Source of the DNA: an uncultured Actinomycetes bacterium | GTDB lineage: Bacteria > Actinomycetota > UBA4738 > JBBDTT01 | DNA length: 64,000 nt | Assembly (NCBI GenBank): GCA_963742735.1 | Contig: CAVUMN010000003.1 | Location: 352,001 to 416,000, forward strand | Direction: 5' to 3' | Part shown: positions 38,062 to 48,468 of the stretch, piece by piece | How the letters are laid out: each line of letters opens with the position of its first letter | Position numbering within the stretch: position 1 is the stretch's first letter | The notes under the pieces: model-generated | What the model saw: the letters and a program-made list of their open reading frames with translations, nothing else | The model's database searches: none | Told to the model about the DNA's origin: nothing | Translations under genes and position numbers: made by a program

Positions 38062-38481
38062 ATGGCCCATGACGACCTCGGTCGGTTGCTCCTCGGCGCC
38101 TTCCGCGCGTTCGAGGTCGAGGTCGTCGACGCGCTCGCGGAGCGCGAGCTCGACGACCTCCGGCCGTCGTACGCCTCCGTCTACGCGCACATCGCCCCCG
38201 ACGGCACGCGGCTCTCGGACCTGGCCCGCGCCGCGTCGATGACGAAGCAGGGGATGGCCGACATCGTCCGCGAGATGCAGGACGCCGGGCTCGTGCGCCG
38301 GGCGGACGACCCCGAGGACGGACGGGCGGTGCTGGTGGTGCTCACCGCGAAGGGTCGCCGCCGGCTGTCGCAGGCCGCCCGCGCGATCGAGCGCGTGGAG
38401 GGCCGCGTCCGCCGCCGGCTCGGCGAGCGGCGATACGAGGCGCTTCGGACGGCGCTCGACGACCTGGCCTCCCCGGCATGA
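38062..38481 (+). CDS. MarR family transcriptional regulator
   Basis: GTRLSDLAR..MTKQGM, GLVRRADDPEDGRAVLVVLT. Confidence 0.9.
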   Translation: MAHDDLGRLLLGAFRAFEVEVVDALAERELDDLRPSYASVYAHIAPDGTRLSDLARAASMTKQGMADIVREMQDAGLVRRADDPEDGRAVLVVLTAKGRRRLSQAARAIERVEGRVRRRLGERRYEALRTALDDLASPA

Positions 38482-40007
38482 GCCTCGGCCAGCCCCTGGC
38501 CGCCCGGGTCCAGGAGGCGCTCGACCGCGCGGGCCAGGATGCGGTGGTTCGGCGCATCTGGGACCGCGACCACACGGCGTGGTCCCCCGATCCCACGGAG
38601 ATCTCCGACCGGCTCGGTTGGCTCGCTCTGCACGAGACGATGCGGCCCAGACTCGAGGGCATGCGGGCGTTCGCCGCCCGGGCTGTGGGCGACGGTTTCA
38701 ACCACGCCGTGCTGTGCGGGATGGGCGGCTCGAGCCTGGCCCCGGAGGTCCTGGCGCGGATCCTCGGGCCCGCGGACGGCGCCCTGAGTCTGTCGGTCCT
38801 CGACACCACGCACCCCGACGACGTCCTGGCCCTGGAGCGGTCGCTGGACCTGGAGCGGACCCTGTTCCTCCTCTCCAGCAAGTCGGGGACGACGATCGAG
38901 ACCCTCTGTCACCTCGACTACTTCTGGGACCGGGTCCCGCACGGACGCCAGTTCGTGGCGATCACGGATCCGGGCTCGGCGCTGGAGGCCGCGGCCGCGG
39001 ACCGCGAGTTCCGCGAGGTCTTCGCGGGCGACCCGGAGGTCGGGGGGCGGTACTCGGCGCTGTCGCCGTTCGGGCTCGTGCCGGGCGCACTCCTGGGCGC
39101 GGACCTGGACGGGCTGCTGGACGGCGCCGCGGAGATGGCCGCCGCCTGCGGTCCGGGGGTCGCCCCCGCCGACAACCCCGCCGCCCGCCTCGGCGTGGCC
39201 CTCGGGGTCGCGGCCACCATGGGCCGGGACAAGAGCACCCTGGTCGCCGACGACGCCCTGCGGCCGTTCGGCCCGTGGGTCGAGCAGCTCGTGGCCGAGT
39301 CCACCGGCAAGCGCGAGCGGGGGGTCCTGCCGGTCGAGGGCGAGGACCTCGGCCCCCCGGAGATCTACGGGCCCGACCGGCTGTTCGTCGCCTACGCGCA
39401 GGACCCCGGACTCGATCCGCTGGCGACCGCCGGGCATCCGATCGTCTCCATCGAGGGCGGGGCGGCCGACGCACGCAGCCTGGGCGCCGAGTTCTTCCGC
39501 TGGGAGCTGGCGGTGGCGATCGCCGGCTGGGTCCTGGACATCAATCCCTTCGACCAGCCGAACGTCCAGGAGGCGAAGGACGCCACGCGGGCCATCCTCG
39601 ATGCCGGGGACGTGGAGGATCCGGGGTTCGACCGCCTGGAGCCGCTCCTGGACCACATGGCTCCCGGGGACTACCTGGCGATCCACGCGTACCTGCCGCG
39701 CAAGGACGATCTGGAACACCGGCTCCAGGCCGCGCGGATGCGCCTGCGCGACCGGCTCCACTCGGCCACGACGGTCGGGTTCGGACCGCGGTTCCTGCAC
39801 TCCACCGGCCAGTTCCACAAGGGCGGCCCCCCCACCGGGGTGTTCGTGCAGGTCGACGACGAGCCCGTGGAGGACGCCGAGGTCCCCGGCCGGCCGTTCA
39901 CGTTCGGGCGGCTGTTCAGGGCGCAGGCCCTCGGGGATCTGCGGGCGCTCCGCTCGCGTGGCCGGCGGGTGGCCCGGGTCCGTCTGTCCGACCTCGAGTC
40001 GGCGTGA
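38478..40007 (+). CDS. pgi: Glucose-6-phosphate isomerase (TAL/PGI-type PGI domain)
   Basis: RLGWL, CGMGGSSL, SSKSGTTIET, GGRYSALS, QLVAESTGK, NPFDQPNVQEAK, HSTGQFHKGG. Confidence 0.92.
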   Translation: MSLGQPLAARVQEALDRAGQDAVVRRIWDRDHTAWSPDPTEISDRLGWLALHETMRPRLEGMRAFAARAVGDGFNHAVLCGMGGSSLAPEVLARILGPADGALSLSVLDTTHPDDVLALERSLDLERTLFLLSSKSGTTIETLCHLDYFWDRVPHGRQFVAITDPGSALEAAAADREFREVFAGDPEVGGRYSALSPFGLVPGALLGADLDGLLDGAAEMAAACGPGVAPADNPAARLGVALGVAATMGRDKSTLVADDALRPFGPWVEQLVAESTGKRERGVLPVEGEDLGPPEIYGPDRLFVAYAQDPGLDPLATAGHPIVSIEGGAADARSLGAEFFRWELAVAIAGWVLDINPFDQPNVQEAKDATRAILDAGDVEDPGFDRLEPLLDHMAPGDYLAIHAYLPRKDDLEHRLQAARMRLRDRLHSATTVGFGPRFLHSTGQFHKGGPPTGVFVQVDDEPVEDAEVPGRPFTFGRLFRAQALGDLRALRSRGRRVARVRLSDLESA

Positions 40008-40684
40008 CGGGCCGGCTGGTCGTCACCGAGGACCTGGCGGGAGAGGCCGTTCGCCGCTTCCTCGAGGCCGCTCCGCGTACGTTCGCGCTGTCGGGCGGCT
40101 CGACTCCGCGTTCCACGTACGAAGCCCTGTCTCGCGCGGACTACGAGTGGGCCGGCGTCCACGCGTTCATGGTCGACGAGCGGTGCGTGCCGCACGGCCA
40201 TCCAGACTCGAACTTCCGGATGGCGTCCGAGGCCCTCCTGGCCCGGGTGCCGGTGGTGGTCCACCCGATGCGCGGAGAGACGTGTGACCCCGCCGCGTAC
40301 GAGGCCGACCTCCGCGCCCATTTCGGCGGCGTCGTCGCGCCGTCCATGGACCTGGTCTTCCTGGGGATCGGCGACGACGGCCACACCGCCTCCCTGTTTC
40401 CGGGAGACCCCGCGCTGGACGAGACCGAGCCGTGGGTGGTTCGGGTGGACCGGCCGGGCATGCCGCCAACGCATCCGCGGCTCACGCTGACGCTCCCGGT
40501 GCTGAACGCGGCGCGGCTGGCGATCTTCCTGGTCTCGGGAGAGTCGAAACGCCGGGCCATGGGCCGGATGATCGGCGGCGACATGAATCTCCCCGCCTCG
40601 CGCGTCTGGCCGGGGGAGGTCGTGGTGCTGGCGACGCCCGACGCGGTGCCGGGCTCGCTAGCCGGTGACACCGCCGACGTGTAG
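40004..40684 (+). CDS. pgl: 6-phosphogluconolactonase
   Basis: ALSGGSTP, VDERCVP..HPDSN, LGIGDDGHTASLFP, RLTLTLP. Confidence 0.92.
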   Translation: MTGRLVVTEDLAGEAVRRFLEAAPRTFALSGGSTPRSTYEALSRADYEWAGVHAFMVDERCVPHGHPDSNFRMASEALLARVPVVVHPMRGETCDPAAYEADLRAHFGGVVAPSMDLVFLGIGDDGHTASLFPGDPALDETEPWVVRVDRPGMPPTHPRLTLTLPVLNAARLAIFLVSGESKRRAMGRMIGGDMNLPASRVWPGEVVVLATPDAVPGSLAGDTADV

Positions 40685-41434
40685 GAGCGAGCCGACGCCG
40701 TAGGTCACCCCGGCCGCGGCCCCGCCGATCAGCAGCATCCGCAGCCCGGACCGCACCGCCCCGCGCCCCGTCAGCCTCGACAGCGCGGCGCCCACCCCGA
40801 ACAGCGCGACCGCGCCGACGGCGATTGCGATCTGGATGGCCGGGGCTCCGGAGCTGAACAGGAACGGCAGCAGCGGCGCGGTGGCTCCCAGGGCGAACAT
40901 GACGAACGAGCTGATGGCCGCGCCCCACGGCGAGCCGAGCGACGCCGGGTCCAGCCCGAGCTCCTCTCGGGCGTGGGTCTCCAGGGCGACCTCGGGGTCG
41001 CGCATGACCGCCTCGGTCACCGCCTCGGCGATCTCCTTCGGCATGCCCCGGTCGCGATAGAGGTTGATCAGCTCGCGGCGCTCCTGCTCGGGCATGGTGG
41101 CGATCTCGTGCGCCTCCTGATGGATCAGCCGCTCGAAGAGCTCGCGCTGGACGCGCATGGACAGGTACTCGCCCGCGCCCATCGAGAAGGCTCCCGCGAC
41201 GAGCCCGGCGACGCCCGCCACCAGGATCGCGGTCCGGCCGACGTTCGCGCCGGCCACGCCCATGATCAGCGAGAGGTTCGAGACGAGGCCGTCGTTCACG
41301 CCGAAGATCGCCGCTCGCAGCGCGCCGCTTCGAGACCCGGGCGCGATGCTTGCCTCGTCGACCGGTCCGCGATGGGGAACGATCCGCGGTGGCCGTCGCG
41401 CGTCGAGCAGCCGCGCCATGAGCGAACGGCTCAT
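40658..41434 (-). CDS. VIT1/CCC1 family iron/manganese transporter
   Basis: LRAAIFGVNDGLVS, AGAFSMGAGEYLS, HAREELG. Confidence 0.93.
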   Translation of the reverse strand: MSRSLMARLLDARRPPRIVPHRGPVDEASIAPGSRSGALRAAIFGVNDGLVSNLSLIMGVAGANVGRTAILVAGVAGLVAGAFSMGAGEYLSMRVQRELFERLIHQEAHEIATMPEQERRELINLYRDRGMPKEIAEAVTEAVMRDPEVALETHAREELGLDPASLGSPWGAAISSFVMFALGATAPLLPFLFSSGAPAIQIAIAVGAVALFGVGAALSRLTGRGAVRSGLRMLLIGGAAAGVTYGVGSLLHVGGVTG

Positions 41435-42297
41435 TCGTTGGGCTCGGGGCCTCGCTGGTTCCGCAGGAACCGTTCGAGCTCGCGGGCGAGCTCGTCACCG
41501 CTGGGGATGTCCGTGATGCCCTCGCCCACCTCGTCGGATGCGGACTCGAGCCGCTGCACGTACTCGGTCAGCTCGCCGTTCTCCGCGACGATGCCGTCGA
41601 TCCGCTCGGTCCATTCGTCGACCGCCTGGGTCAGCTCCTCGGTGGGCACGACGACGTCGACCAGCATCGACAGGCGTTCCACCAGCGCGAGCGCGGCCTT
41701 CGGGTTCGGTCCGCTCGGCAGGTAGTGCGGGACCGCGGCCCACAGGCTGATCGAGGGGAGTCCGGCGCGGTTCGACGCGTCGTGCAGGACTCCGACGACG
41801 CCGGTGGGGCCCTCGTAGCGCGACGCCGACATCCCCAGGTCCTCCGCCTCGGCGGCGGTCGGCGCCGAGCCGGTGACCCGGATCGGACGAGAGTGGGGGA
41901 GGTCCGCGAGGAACCCACCAAGCGTCACGAGCCGGTGGACGCCGAGGTCCTGACCGAGGCCGACGATCGCCTCGGTGAACGTCCGCCACCGCACGCTCGG
42001 CTCCAGGCCGAGGAACAGGACGACGTCGCGCTCGGGAAGCGACGCGTGGAAGAACTCGGCGCCCGGCCAGTCGATGCGCCGCGTGATCCCGTCCACCAGG
42101 CGCACCGTCGGGCGGTTGACCTGGAAGTCGTAAAACTCCTCGGGGTCGATCCACGCGAACCGCTTCGCGCCCCATCGTTCCCGGAGGAACGAGACGGCCC
42201 CGCTGGCCGATTCGCCCGCGTCGTTCCAGCCGCTGAAGGCGACCACCAGCACCGGCCGGCGCAGCTGGGGACGGTCCTCGAAGACGATGGGGTCCAT
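41431..42297 (-). CDS. PAC2 family (proteasome assembly chaperone-like) protein
   Basis: AFSGWNDAG, IDPEEFYDFQVNRP, EPSVRW, YEGPTG, WAAVPHY. Confidence 0.92.
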   Translation of the reverse strand: MDPIVFEDRPQLRRPVLVVAFSGWNDAGESASGAVSFLRERWGAKRFAWIDPEEFYDFQVNRPTVRLVDGITRRIDWPGAEFFHASLPERDVVLFLGLEPSVRWRTFTEAIVGLGQDLGVHRLVTLGGFLADLPHSRPIRVTGSAPTAAEAEDLGMSASRYEGPTGVVGVLHDASNRAGLPSISLWAAVPHYLPSGPNPKAALALVERLSMLVDVVVPTEELTQAVDEWTERIDGIVAENGELTEYVQRLESASDEVGEGITDIPSGDELARELERFLRNQRGPEPNE

Positions 42298-42361
42298 CGA
42301 CCAAGCTTCCCACCTCCTCCCCGTGTCGCCAATAGAGGGCGGGCGGGCGAGAATCGCGGCG

Positions 42362-42793
42362 ATGCGAACCCGGGACGCACGCCTGCGCGCGCTGGTCTAC
42401 GGCCTGGTCGTCGCCGGGCTTGCCGCCGTCGGCGTCCTCGCGTGGGACCGCTACGGCCAGATCGTCGTGGTCCTCGCGGTGCTGCTGGCGTTGCTCTGGC
42501 CACTGCGACGGGAGCCGGGGTCGTTCTGGCCGCTGGCCGCCGGCGCCGTCGTGCTCACCGTCGCCTACCTGCTCCTCGCCCCCGCGAACTGCACGACCGG
42601 CGCGATCAAGCCCGTCGGCGGGGACCAGGTGCCGGGACGGTTCTGCGAGAGCCTGGCCGGCGTGGACTACGAACGCGAGGGAACCGAGGACCCCAGCCCG
42701 CTGCCGGCGTTCGGGGCCTCGCTCGCGGCCGGACTGATCGTCGCGGCGGGCGCCCGCGCCGCGTTCCGGCGTTGGGGAGATGCGGCCGAATGA
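42362..42793 (+). CDS. Hypothetical membrane protein
   Basis: Several hydrophobic segments and a Cys pair; ATGA overlap with the next gene. Confidence 0.65.
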   Translation: MRTRDARLRALVYGLVVAGLAAVGVLAWDRYGQIVVVLAVLLALLWPLRREPGSFWPLAAGAVVLTVAYLLLAPANCTTGAIKPVGGDQVPGRFCESLAGVDYEREGTEDPSPLPAFGASLAAGLIVAAGARAAFRRWGDAAE

Positions 42794-43929
42794 AGATCAC
42801 CGGCATCCGAGTCCAGCTGTGCCACTTCCCGCTCGAGGCGCCCTTCACCCCGTCGTGGATCCCCGGGTTTCCGATGTCGATGAACTCCTGTGCGCTCTAC
42901 CGGCTGCAGACCGACGAGGGCCACGAGGGCATCGCCGCCGGCGTCGCGTTCGCCGACGAGGCCCGCGGGCCTGTGAACCTGCTCCGCGCGTTCCTGATCG
43001 GCAAGGACCCCGACACGGAGTTCGACGACGTCTTCAAGATCCTGCGTTCCTCCACTCGGGTGCTCGGCATCCGGTCGTGGCACGTGGAGCTCGCGCTGTG
43101 GGACCTGATCGGCAAGGCCCGCGGCGAGCCGGTCTATCGGGTGCTGGGCGGCGACCGCGACCGCGTCCGCGCCTACTGCTCGACCGGCGAGCTCCGCTCG
43201 CCCGAGGAGAACGCCGAGCGGGCCGTGGCGCGCCGGGACGAGGGCTTCGCCGGGATCAAGCTACGCGTGCGGTTCCCCACGATCGAGGAGGACGTCGCGG
43301 TGGTGCGCGCCGTCCGCGAGGCCGTCGGGCCCGAGATGGCCCTGATGGTCGACGCGAACCAGGGGTGGCGCGTCCACGGCTTCGGGCCGTATCCCGAATG
43401 GGACCTCGAGCGGGCGACCGCCTTCGCCGCGGCCGTCGAGCCCTTCGGCCTGACCTGGCTGGAGGAGCCGCTGGACCAGCACGCGTACACCGAGTACGCG
43501 GAGCTCCGATCACGGACGAGCGTTCCGCTCGCCGCGGGGGAGATGCTCTCCGATTACACCGGATTCGAGGAGCTGATCCGCCACGGCAGCGTGGACATCC
43601 TTCAGCCCGACGCGGTCCTGTCGGGCGGAATCCGGCTGGGGCGCGACGTCGCGCGCATGGCCGAGGAGGCCGGGCTCGGGTTCGCGCCGCACACGTGGAC
43701 CAACGGCGTCGGCCTGGCCGCAAACCTGCACGTCATGGCGGCGAGCCCGAACTGCGAGTGGGCCGAGTTCCCGTTCGATCCCCCGGGCTGGGTGCCGGAG
43801 GGCCGTGACGCGATGCTTGCCGAGCCGTACCGGCTCGACCCGGAGGGCTTCGTCCGGATCCCCGACCGGCCGGGCCTGGGGATCGAGCTCGACGAGGACC
43901 GCATCGCCGCCCACTCCGAGGAGCTGTAG
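42790..43929 (+). CDS. Mandelate racemase/muconate lactonizing enzyme (enolase superfamily)
   Basis: LALWDLIGKA, GIKLR, MVDANQG, WLEEP, AAGE, LQPD, PGLGIELD. Confidence 0.92.
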   Translation: MKITGIRVQLCHFPLEAPFTPSWIPGFPMSMNSCALYRLQTDEGHEGIAAGVAFADEARGPVNLLRAFLIGKDPDTEFDDVFKILRSSTRVLGIRSWHVELALWDLIGKARGEPVYRVLGGDRDRVRAYCSTGELRSPEENAERAVARRDEGFAGIKLRVRFPTIEEDVAVVRAVREAVGPEMALMVDANQGWRVHGFGPYPEWDLERATAFAAAVEPFGLTWLEEPLDQHAYTEYAELRSRTSVPLAAGEMLSDYTGFEELIRHGSVDILQPDAVLSGGIRLGRDVARMAEEAGLGFAPHTWTNGVGLAANLHVMAASPNCEWAEFPFDPPGWVPEGRDAMLAEPYRLDPEGFVRIPDRPGLGIELDEDRIAAHSEEL

Positions 43930-44409
43930 ATGGCGCAGACCCCGAAGAAGCCGCGGCGGCCGCGCGACGAGCTCGGCCGCCCCAAGCCGTGGGACGCCGA
44001 GAACGAGCTCGACCTCGAGGACTTCGACTCCCTGACGCCGAAGGAGAACCACCGGCTGGGGCGGGAGCACTTCAATGCCGGCAGGTTCTTCCCCGCCCAC
44101 GAGGCATGGGAGACCGTGTGGAAGCAGCGAAAGGGCGAACCCGACGAGGAGCTGTTCAAGGGTCTCTCGCAGCTCGGCGCGGGCTACGTCCATCTGCACC
44201 GCGGCAACGCCCACGGCGCGAAGACGCTCCTGCGCCGAGGCGCCCGCCGGATCGCCCGCTATCCGAAGGGGACCGAGGGCGTCGACACGGAGACGGTCGC
44301 GCGGATAGCCCTCGAGCACGCCGAGGAGATCGAGGGGGAGGCCGCCGGTCAAGGCACGGACGCCCGGGGGATCGTCGATCCTTCCCGGATCACCCCGCCG
44401 AAGATCTGA
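43930..44409 (+). CDS. DUF309 family protein
   Basis: FNAGRFFPAHEAWETVW, KGLSQL, GNAHGA. Confidence 0.88.
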   Translation: MAQTPKKPRRPRDELGRPKPWDAENELDLEDFDSLTPKENHRLGREHFNAGRFFPAHEAWETVWKQRKGEPDEELFKGLSQLGAGYVHLHRGNAHGAKTLLRRGARRIARYPKGTEGVDTETVARIALEHAEEIEGEAAGQGTDARGIVDPSRITPPKI

Positions 44410-44861
44410 TGGCCCTCGAGTGGCGCCGCGGCGACTACGTCATCTCGACCGACCCCGGCAGGCTGGACCTGAGGGTGATCCATCGCTTCCTCACCGAGGA
44501 CTCCTACTGGGCCGCCGGCGTGACCCTGGATCGCGTCCGCCTCTCCATCGAGCATTCCCTGCCCTTCGGGCTCTACCTGGGCGGGGAACAGGCCGGCTTC
44601 GCCCGGGTGGTAACGGACTACACGGTCTTCGGCTGGCTGTGCGACGTGTTCGTGCTGGAGGCCCATCGCGGCCGGGGTCTCGGCGTGTGGCTGGTCGAGA
44701 CGGCGCTGACGCACCCGGAGCTCCAGGACCTCCGTCAGTGGCTCCTGGGCACGGCCGACGCGCACGGGCTGTACGCGCGGTTCGGCTTCGAGCCGCCCGA
44801 CTTCCCTCAGCGATACATGCGCCGCCGGAGGTCCGAGGACGAGATCAACGCCCCGCGTTGA
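44409..44861 (+). CDS. GNAT family N-acetyltransferase
   Basis: ISTDPGRLD, SYWA, GFARVVTD, DVFVLEAHRGRGLG, DAHGLYARFGF. Confidence 0.93.
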   Translation: MALEWRRGDYVISTDPGRLDLRVIHRFLTEDSYWAAGVTLDRVRLSIEHSLPFGLYLGGEQAGFARVVTDYTVFGWLCDVFVLEAHRGRGLGVWLVETALTHPELQDLRQWLLGTADAHGLYARFGFEPPDFPQRYMRRRRSEDEINAPR

Positions 44862-44923
44862 AGCCGGGTGATTCGGGTATCCTCCGCGGGCACTCTGGTT
44901 ACCGAAAGGTAGGTTAGACGCGA

Positions 44924-45694
44924 ATGAACGTAGTGGTCCTGTCCAAGTTCGTGCCGAACCCGGAGGGTGTGCCGGAGCTCGGCGACGACTTTCTGATCAA
45001 GCGCGAAGGGGTGGAGGGCGCGCTCGACCCGGGCGACGAGTTCGGCGTCGAGGCCGGCCTGCAGCTCGCCGACGCCTCTGGCGGCGAGGTCACCGTCATC
45101 TCCATGGGGCCCGAGGCCGGCGCGACGCAGGCCATCCGCAAGGCCCTGTCGATGGGCGCCGCGAAGGGCGTGCTGATCGTCGATCCACAGCTGAAGGGCT
45201 CCGACGCGCTCGTCACCGCCAGGGTACTGGCCGCCGCGATCAAGAAGCAGGAGTTCGACGTGGTGATCGCCGGCGTCGAGTCGACCGACGGATACACGGG
45301 AACGCTGCCGATGACGATCGCCGAGCTCCTCGGACTCCCGGCGCTCTCGTTCGCGAAGCACATCGAGCAGGCCGACGGGAAGCTGACCATCCAGCGCCAG
45401 ACCGAGACCGGCTACGACGTCGTCGAGTGCCCGACCCCCGCCGTGATCACGGTCACCGCCGGGGCCAACTCGCCGCGGTACCCGACCCTCAAGGGGATCA
45501 TGCAGGCGAAGTCCAAGCCGGTCGACCAGCTCGACGTGGGGGGCCTGGGACTCTCGGGGGACGACATCGCGCCGACCCAGACCGTCGAGGCGGTGAACCC
45601 CGCGCCCGAGAAGGCCGCGGGTGAGGTCATCGAGGACGACGGCACCGCCGCGAAGCGGATCGCCGACCTCCTCTCGGAAGCGAAGGTGATCTGA
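44924..45694 (+). CDS. etfB: Electron transfer flavoprotein beta subunit
   Basis: VLSKFVP, SMGP, KALSMGA, AGVESTDG, PRYPTLKGIMQAKSK. Confidence 0.93.
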   Translation: MNVVVLSKFVPNPEGVPELGDDFLIKREGVEGALDPGDEFGVEAGLQLADASGGEVTVISMGPEAGATQAIRKALSMGAAKGVLIVDPQLKGSDALVTARVLAAAIKKQEFDVVIAGVESTDGYTGTLPMTIAELLGLPALSFAKHIEQADGKLTIQRQTETGYDVVECPTPAVITVTAGANSPRYPTLKGIMQAKSKPVDQLDVGGLGLSGDDIAPTQTVEAVNPAPEKAAGEVIEDDGTAAKRIADLLSEAKVI

Positions 45695-46660
45695 GTGGCC
45701 AAGGTGTGGGTGTACGCCGACGTGGGCGAGGGCGGCACCGTGAACTCCGGCGCGCTCGAGCTCCTCACCAAGGCGCGGTCGATGGACGGCGCCGAGGTCT
45801 CGGCCGTGGCCCTGGGCCCCGGCGCCACCGAGGCCGCAGCCAAGCTCGGCGAGCACGGGGCGACCGCCGTCTACGCGAGCGACGACGCGGTCTACGCGGA
45901 CCACCTGGCGCAGCCGGCGGCGCACGCGCTGCACGGCCTGATCCAGGAGCATCAGCCGAACCTGATCCTGTTCGGGCTGACGTACCCCTCACGCGACGTG
46001 GCCGGACGCCTCCAGGCGATGACCGGATCCACGCTGATGAGCAACGCCACGGACCTGGTGGACGCCGCCAAGGCCCAGACCCAGATCTTCGGCGGCACCA
46101 GGATCGTCGACGTCGCCCTGGGCGGTCCCGACCCCAAGCTGGTGCTCTTCCGGCCGAAGTCGTTCGCGGCCGAGCCGAGCGGGGGGACGGCCGAGGTGGT
46201 GCCCGTGAACGCCGAGATCGGCGACGACCTCAAGAAAGCGACGCGCACCGAACGGCACGAGGAGGCGGCGACGGGGCCGAAGCTCGAGGACGCCGTGGTC
46301 GTCATCTCCGGGGGCCGGGGGCTCCAGGAGGCCGGCAACTTCAAGCTCCTGGACGACCTGGCCGCGCTGATCGCCAAGTCCGCCGTGGGGGCGACGCGCG
46401 CGGTGGTGGACTCCGGGTGGGTGCCGTACTCCTACCAGGTGGGCCAGACCGGCAAGACCGTGAAGCCCGGCGTCTACATCGCGGTGGGCATCTCCGGCGC
46501 GACCCAGCACCTGGTCGGGATGAAGGAGTCCAAGCGGATCATCGCGATCAACAAGGACCCCGAGGCCCCGATCTTCAAGCTGGCCGACCTCGGCGTGGTC
46601 GGCGACGCGCTGAAAGTGATCCCCGCGCTGACCGAGGAGATCAAGTCCCGGAAGGGATGA
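45695..46660 (+). CDS. etfA: Electron transfer flavoprotein alpha subunit
   Basis: [47 protein letters not shown]. Confidence 0.95.
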   Translation: MAKVWVYADVGEGGTVNSGALELLTKARSMDGAEVSAVALGPGATEAAAKLGEHGATAVYASDDAVYADHLAQPAAHALHGLIQEHQPNLILFGLTYPSRDVAGRLQAMTGSTLMSNATDLVDAAKAQTQIFGGTRIVDVALGGPDPKLVLFRPKSFAAEPSGGTAEVVPVNAEIGDDLKKATRTERHEEAATGPKLEDAVVVISGGRGLQEAGNFKLLDDLAALIAKSAVGATRAVVDSGWVPYSYQVGQTGKTVKPGVYIAVGISGATQHLVGMKESKRIIAINKDPEAPIFKLADLGVVGDALKVIPALTEEIKSRKG

Positions 46661-46663
46661 CGC

Positions 46664-47266
46664 TCAGGGAAGCTTCGGCTCGTGGCCGGGGCAGACCAGC
46701 TCGACGGCCAGCCGGATCGCCAGGTCGGCGTCCGACGCGCTGACGCTGGTGAACGGGAGCCGCGAGACCTTCTCCATCACCGACGAGCGGATCGCGGAGT
46801 AGCTCGTCCCGTCGTCGAAGGCGTCGCAGATGTCGCCGGCGAAGTCGCGGGCCTGCGCCTCGGTGGGCCGGTAGAGGGGGATCCGCGCCTGGATCTGCCG
46901 GATCGCGCCCGCGACCTCGGCGCTGGAGGGGTTTCTCCGCGGGACGGTCTTCGAGACCGCCTGCGGTGAGGGAGAAGCCTTCGGCTTCGTCGGGCTGGTC
47001 GTGGGGCCGGTCGAACCGCCGCCGTCGCCGTCGTCGCCGTCGTGGGCGTCCTCGGTGGCCTCGGGAGCGGTCGTCTTCGTGCCGGCGCGCGGCGAGGCCG
47101 TCTTGACGCGGGACGTCGGCGAGGCCGCGGGGGACGTCGCGGTGTCCTGCGGGGCCTCGTACACGGGAGGGGCGCTCCCCGGGTCTGCGGCAGGGGCGCC
47201 GCCGCAGGCCGCGAGGAGCAGGGACGAGAGGGCGAGAGCCGTCGCGGCGATCCGGCGGGTACGCAT
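46664..47266 (-). CDS. Lipoprotein with low-complexity linker and small Cys-paired C-terminal domain (DUF732-like)
   Basis: Lipobox LLAAC; ICDAFDDG...AVELVCP. Confidence 0.7.
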   Translation of the reverse strand: MRTRRIAATALALSSLLLAACGGAPAADPGSAPPVYEAPQDTATSPAASPTSRVKTASPRAGTKTTAPEATEDAHDGDDGDGGGSTGPTTSPTKPKASPSPQAVSKTVPRRNPSSAEVAGAIRQIQARIPLYRPTEAQARDFAGDICDAFDDGTSYSAIRSSVMEKVSRLPFTSVSASDADLAIRLAVELVCPGHEPKLP

Positions 47267-47390
47267 ACGCCTCTATCGACCGGGTCCGGGGGGGTCTGAA
47301 GCGGAATCGCGCCAATTCGTCCCCGCCCCACCTTTTCACGCCGCCGCGACGGCGGGCGTTTTCCGCCACGTGCAGCAGAATGGATCTCGG

Positions 47391-48362
47391 ATGACGAACT
47401 CGGCGAGCGGGCGGAAGCTGTGGCTCGCCCTCGGGACCGTCTACGTCATCTGGGGCTCCACGTACCTCGCGATCCGCGTCGCGGTTCGCACCCTCCCGCC
47501 GTTCCTCATGGCGGGGGTCCGGTTCCTGGTGGCCGGCGGCGTGCTCTACCTCTTCGCGTTCCGCCGCGGGGACGCCGGGAACGACCGGATCGGATGGCCC
47601 CAGTGGCGCGCGGCGGCCGTCGTGGGCGGCCTGTTGCTGCTGGGCGGCAACGGCGGCGTCGTGTGGGCCGAGCAGCGGGTGGACTCTGGCGTGGCGGCCC
47701 TGATCGTTGCCACGGTCCCCATCTGGATGGCGCTGTTCGCCGCCCGCCGCGCGGACGAGCGGGTGCGCCTGAAGGCCGCCGCCGGGCTGATCCTGGGGTT
47801 CGCGGGCACCATCCTGCTGGTCCGGCCCTGGGGCGCGGGCGGAGAGTCCGTCGACCTCGCGAGCGCCGGCGTGCTGGTGCTGGCCTCGATCTCCTGGGCC
47901 TTCGGGTCGGTGGCCGCGCCGTCGCTCAGGCTGCCGAAACGCCCGCTGGTGGCCACCGCGCTGGAGATGATCGCCGGCGGGGCGCTGCTCACGCTCGCCG
48001 GGATCGCCCGGGGCGAGGTCGCGCAGGTCCGATTCGAGGCCTTTTCGGCCGAATCGCTCCTGGCGCTCGCCTACCTGATCGTGGCGGGCTCCCTGGCGGG
48101 GTTCACGGCCTACTCCTGGCTGCTGCACAACACAACCGCGCAGATCGCCTCGACGTATGCCTACGTGAACCCGATGATCGCGGTCGTGCTCGGCTGGGCC
48201 ATCCTGGACGAGCGCCTCACGGGAACAACGATCCTGGCGGCCGCGTTGATCATTGGGGCGGTGGCGCTTATCGTGCGTACGTCGGATCGGCGGCGCGGCG
48301 AGACCGTGCTGCCCGCCCCAGTGGAGGCGCCGGCGGTCGCGGAGGATCGCGGGGGCGGTTAG
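47391..48362 (+). CDS. EamA/DMT transporter (YedA-like)
   Basis: [37 protein letters not shown]. Confidence 0.92.
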   Translation: MTNSASGRKLWLALGTVYVIWGSTYLAIRVAVRTLPPFLMAGVRFLVAGGVLYLFAFRRGDAGNDRIGWPQWRAAAVVGGLLLLGGNGGVVWAEQRVDSGVAALIVATVPIWMALFAARRADERVRLKAAAGLILGFAGTILLVRPWGAGGESVDLASAGVLVLASISWAFGSVAAPSLRLPKRPLVATALEMIAGGALLTLAGIARGEVAQVRFEAFSAESLLALAYLIVAGSLAGFTAYSWLLHNTTAQIASTYAYVNPMIAVVLGWAILDERLTGTTILAAALIIGAVALIVRTSDRRRGETVLPAPVEAPAVAEDRGGG

Positions 48363-48468
48363 GCCCGCGAGGCCCTGGGAAAGTCCCACGAAGAGCCCCC
48401 TTCGGGGTTGCTCGACGGCCGCGCCATCCCGTAGCACCATTGCAAGCGACGCGGAGACAGGGAGACGT

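Noticed and set aside
48393-48413. UUCG hairpin as an ncRNA or riboswitch upstream of the sigma-70 gene
   Set aside because: It has a very short stem with mismatches and no recognisable aptamer; at most a weak terminator.
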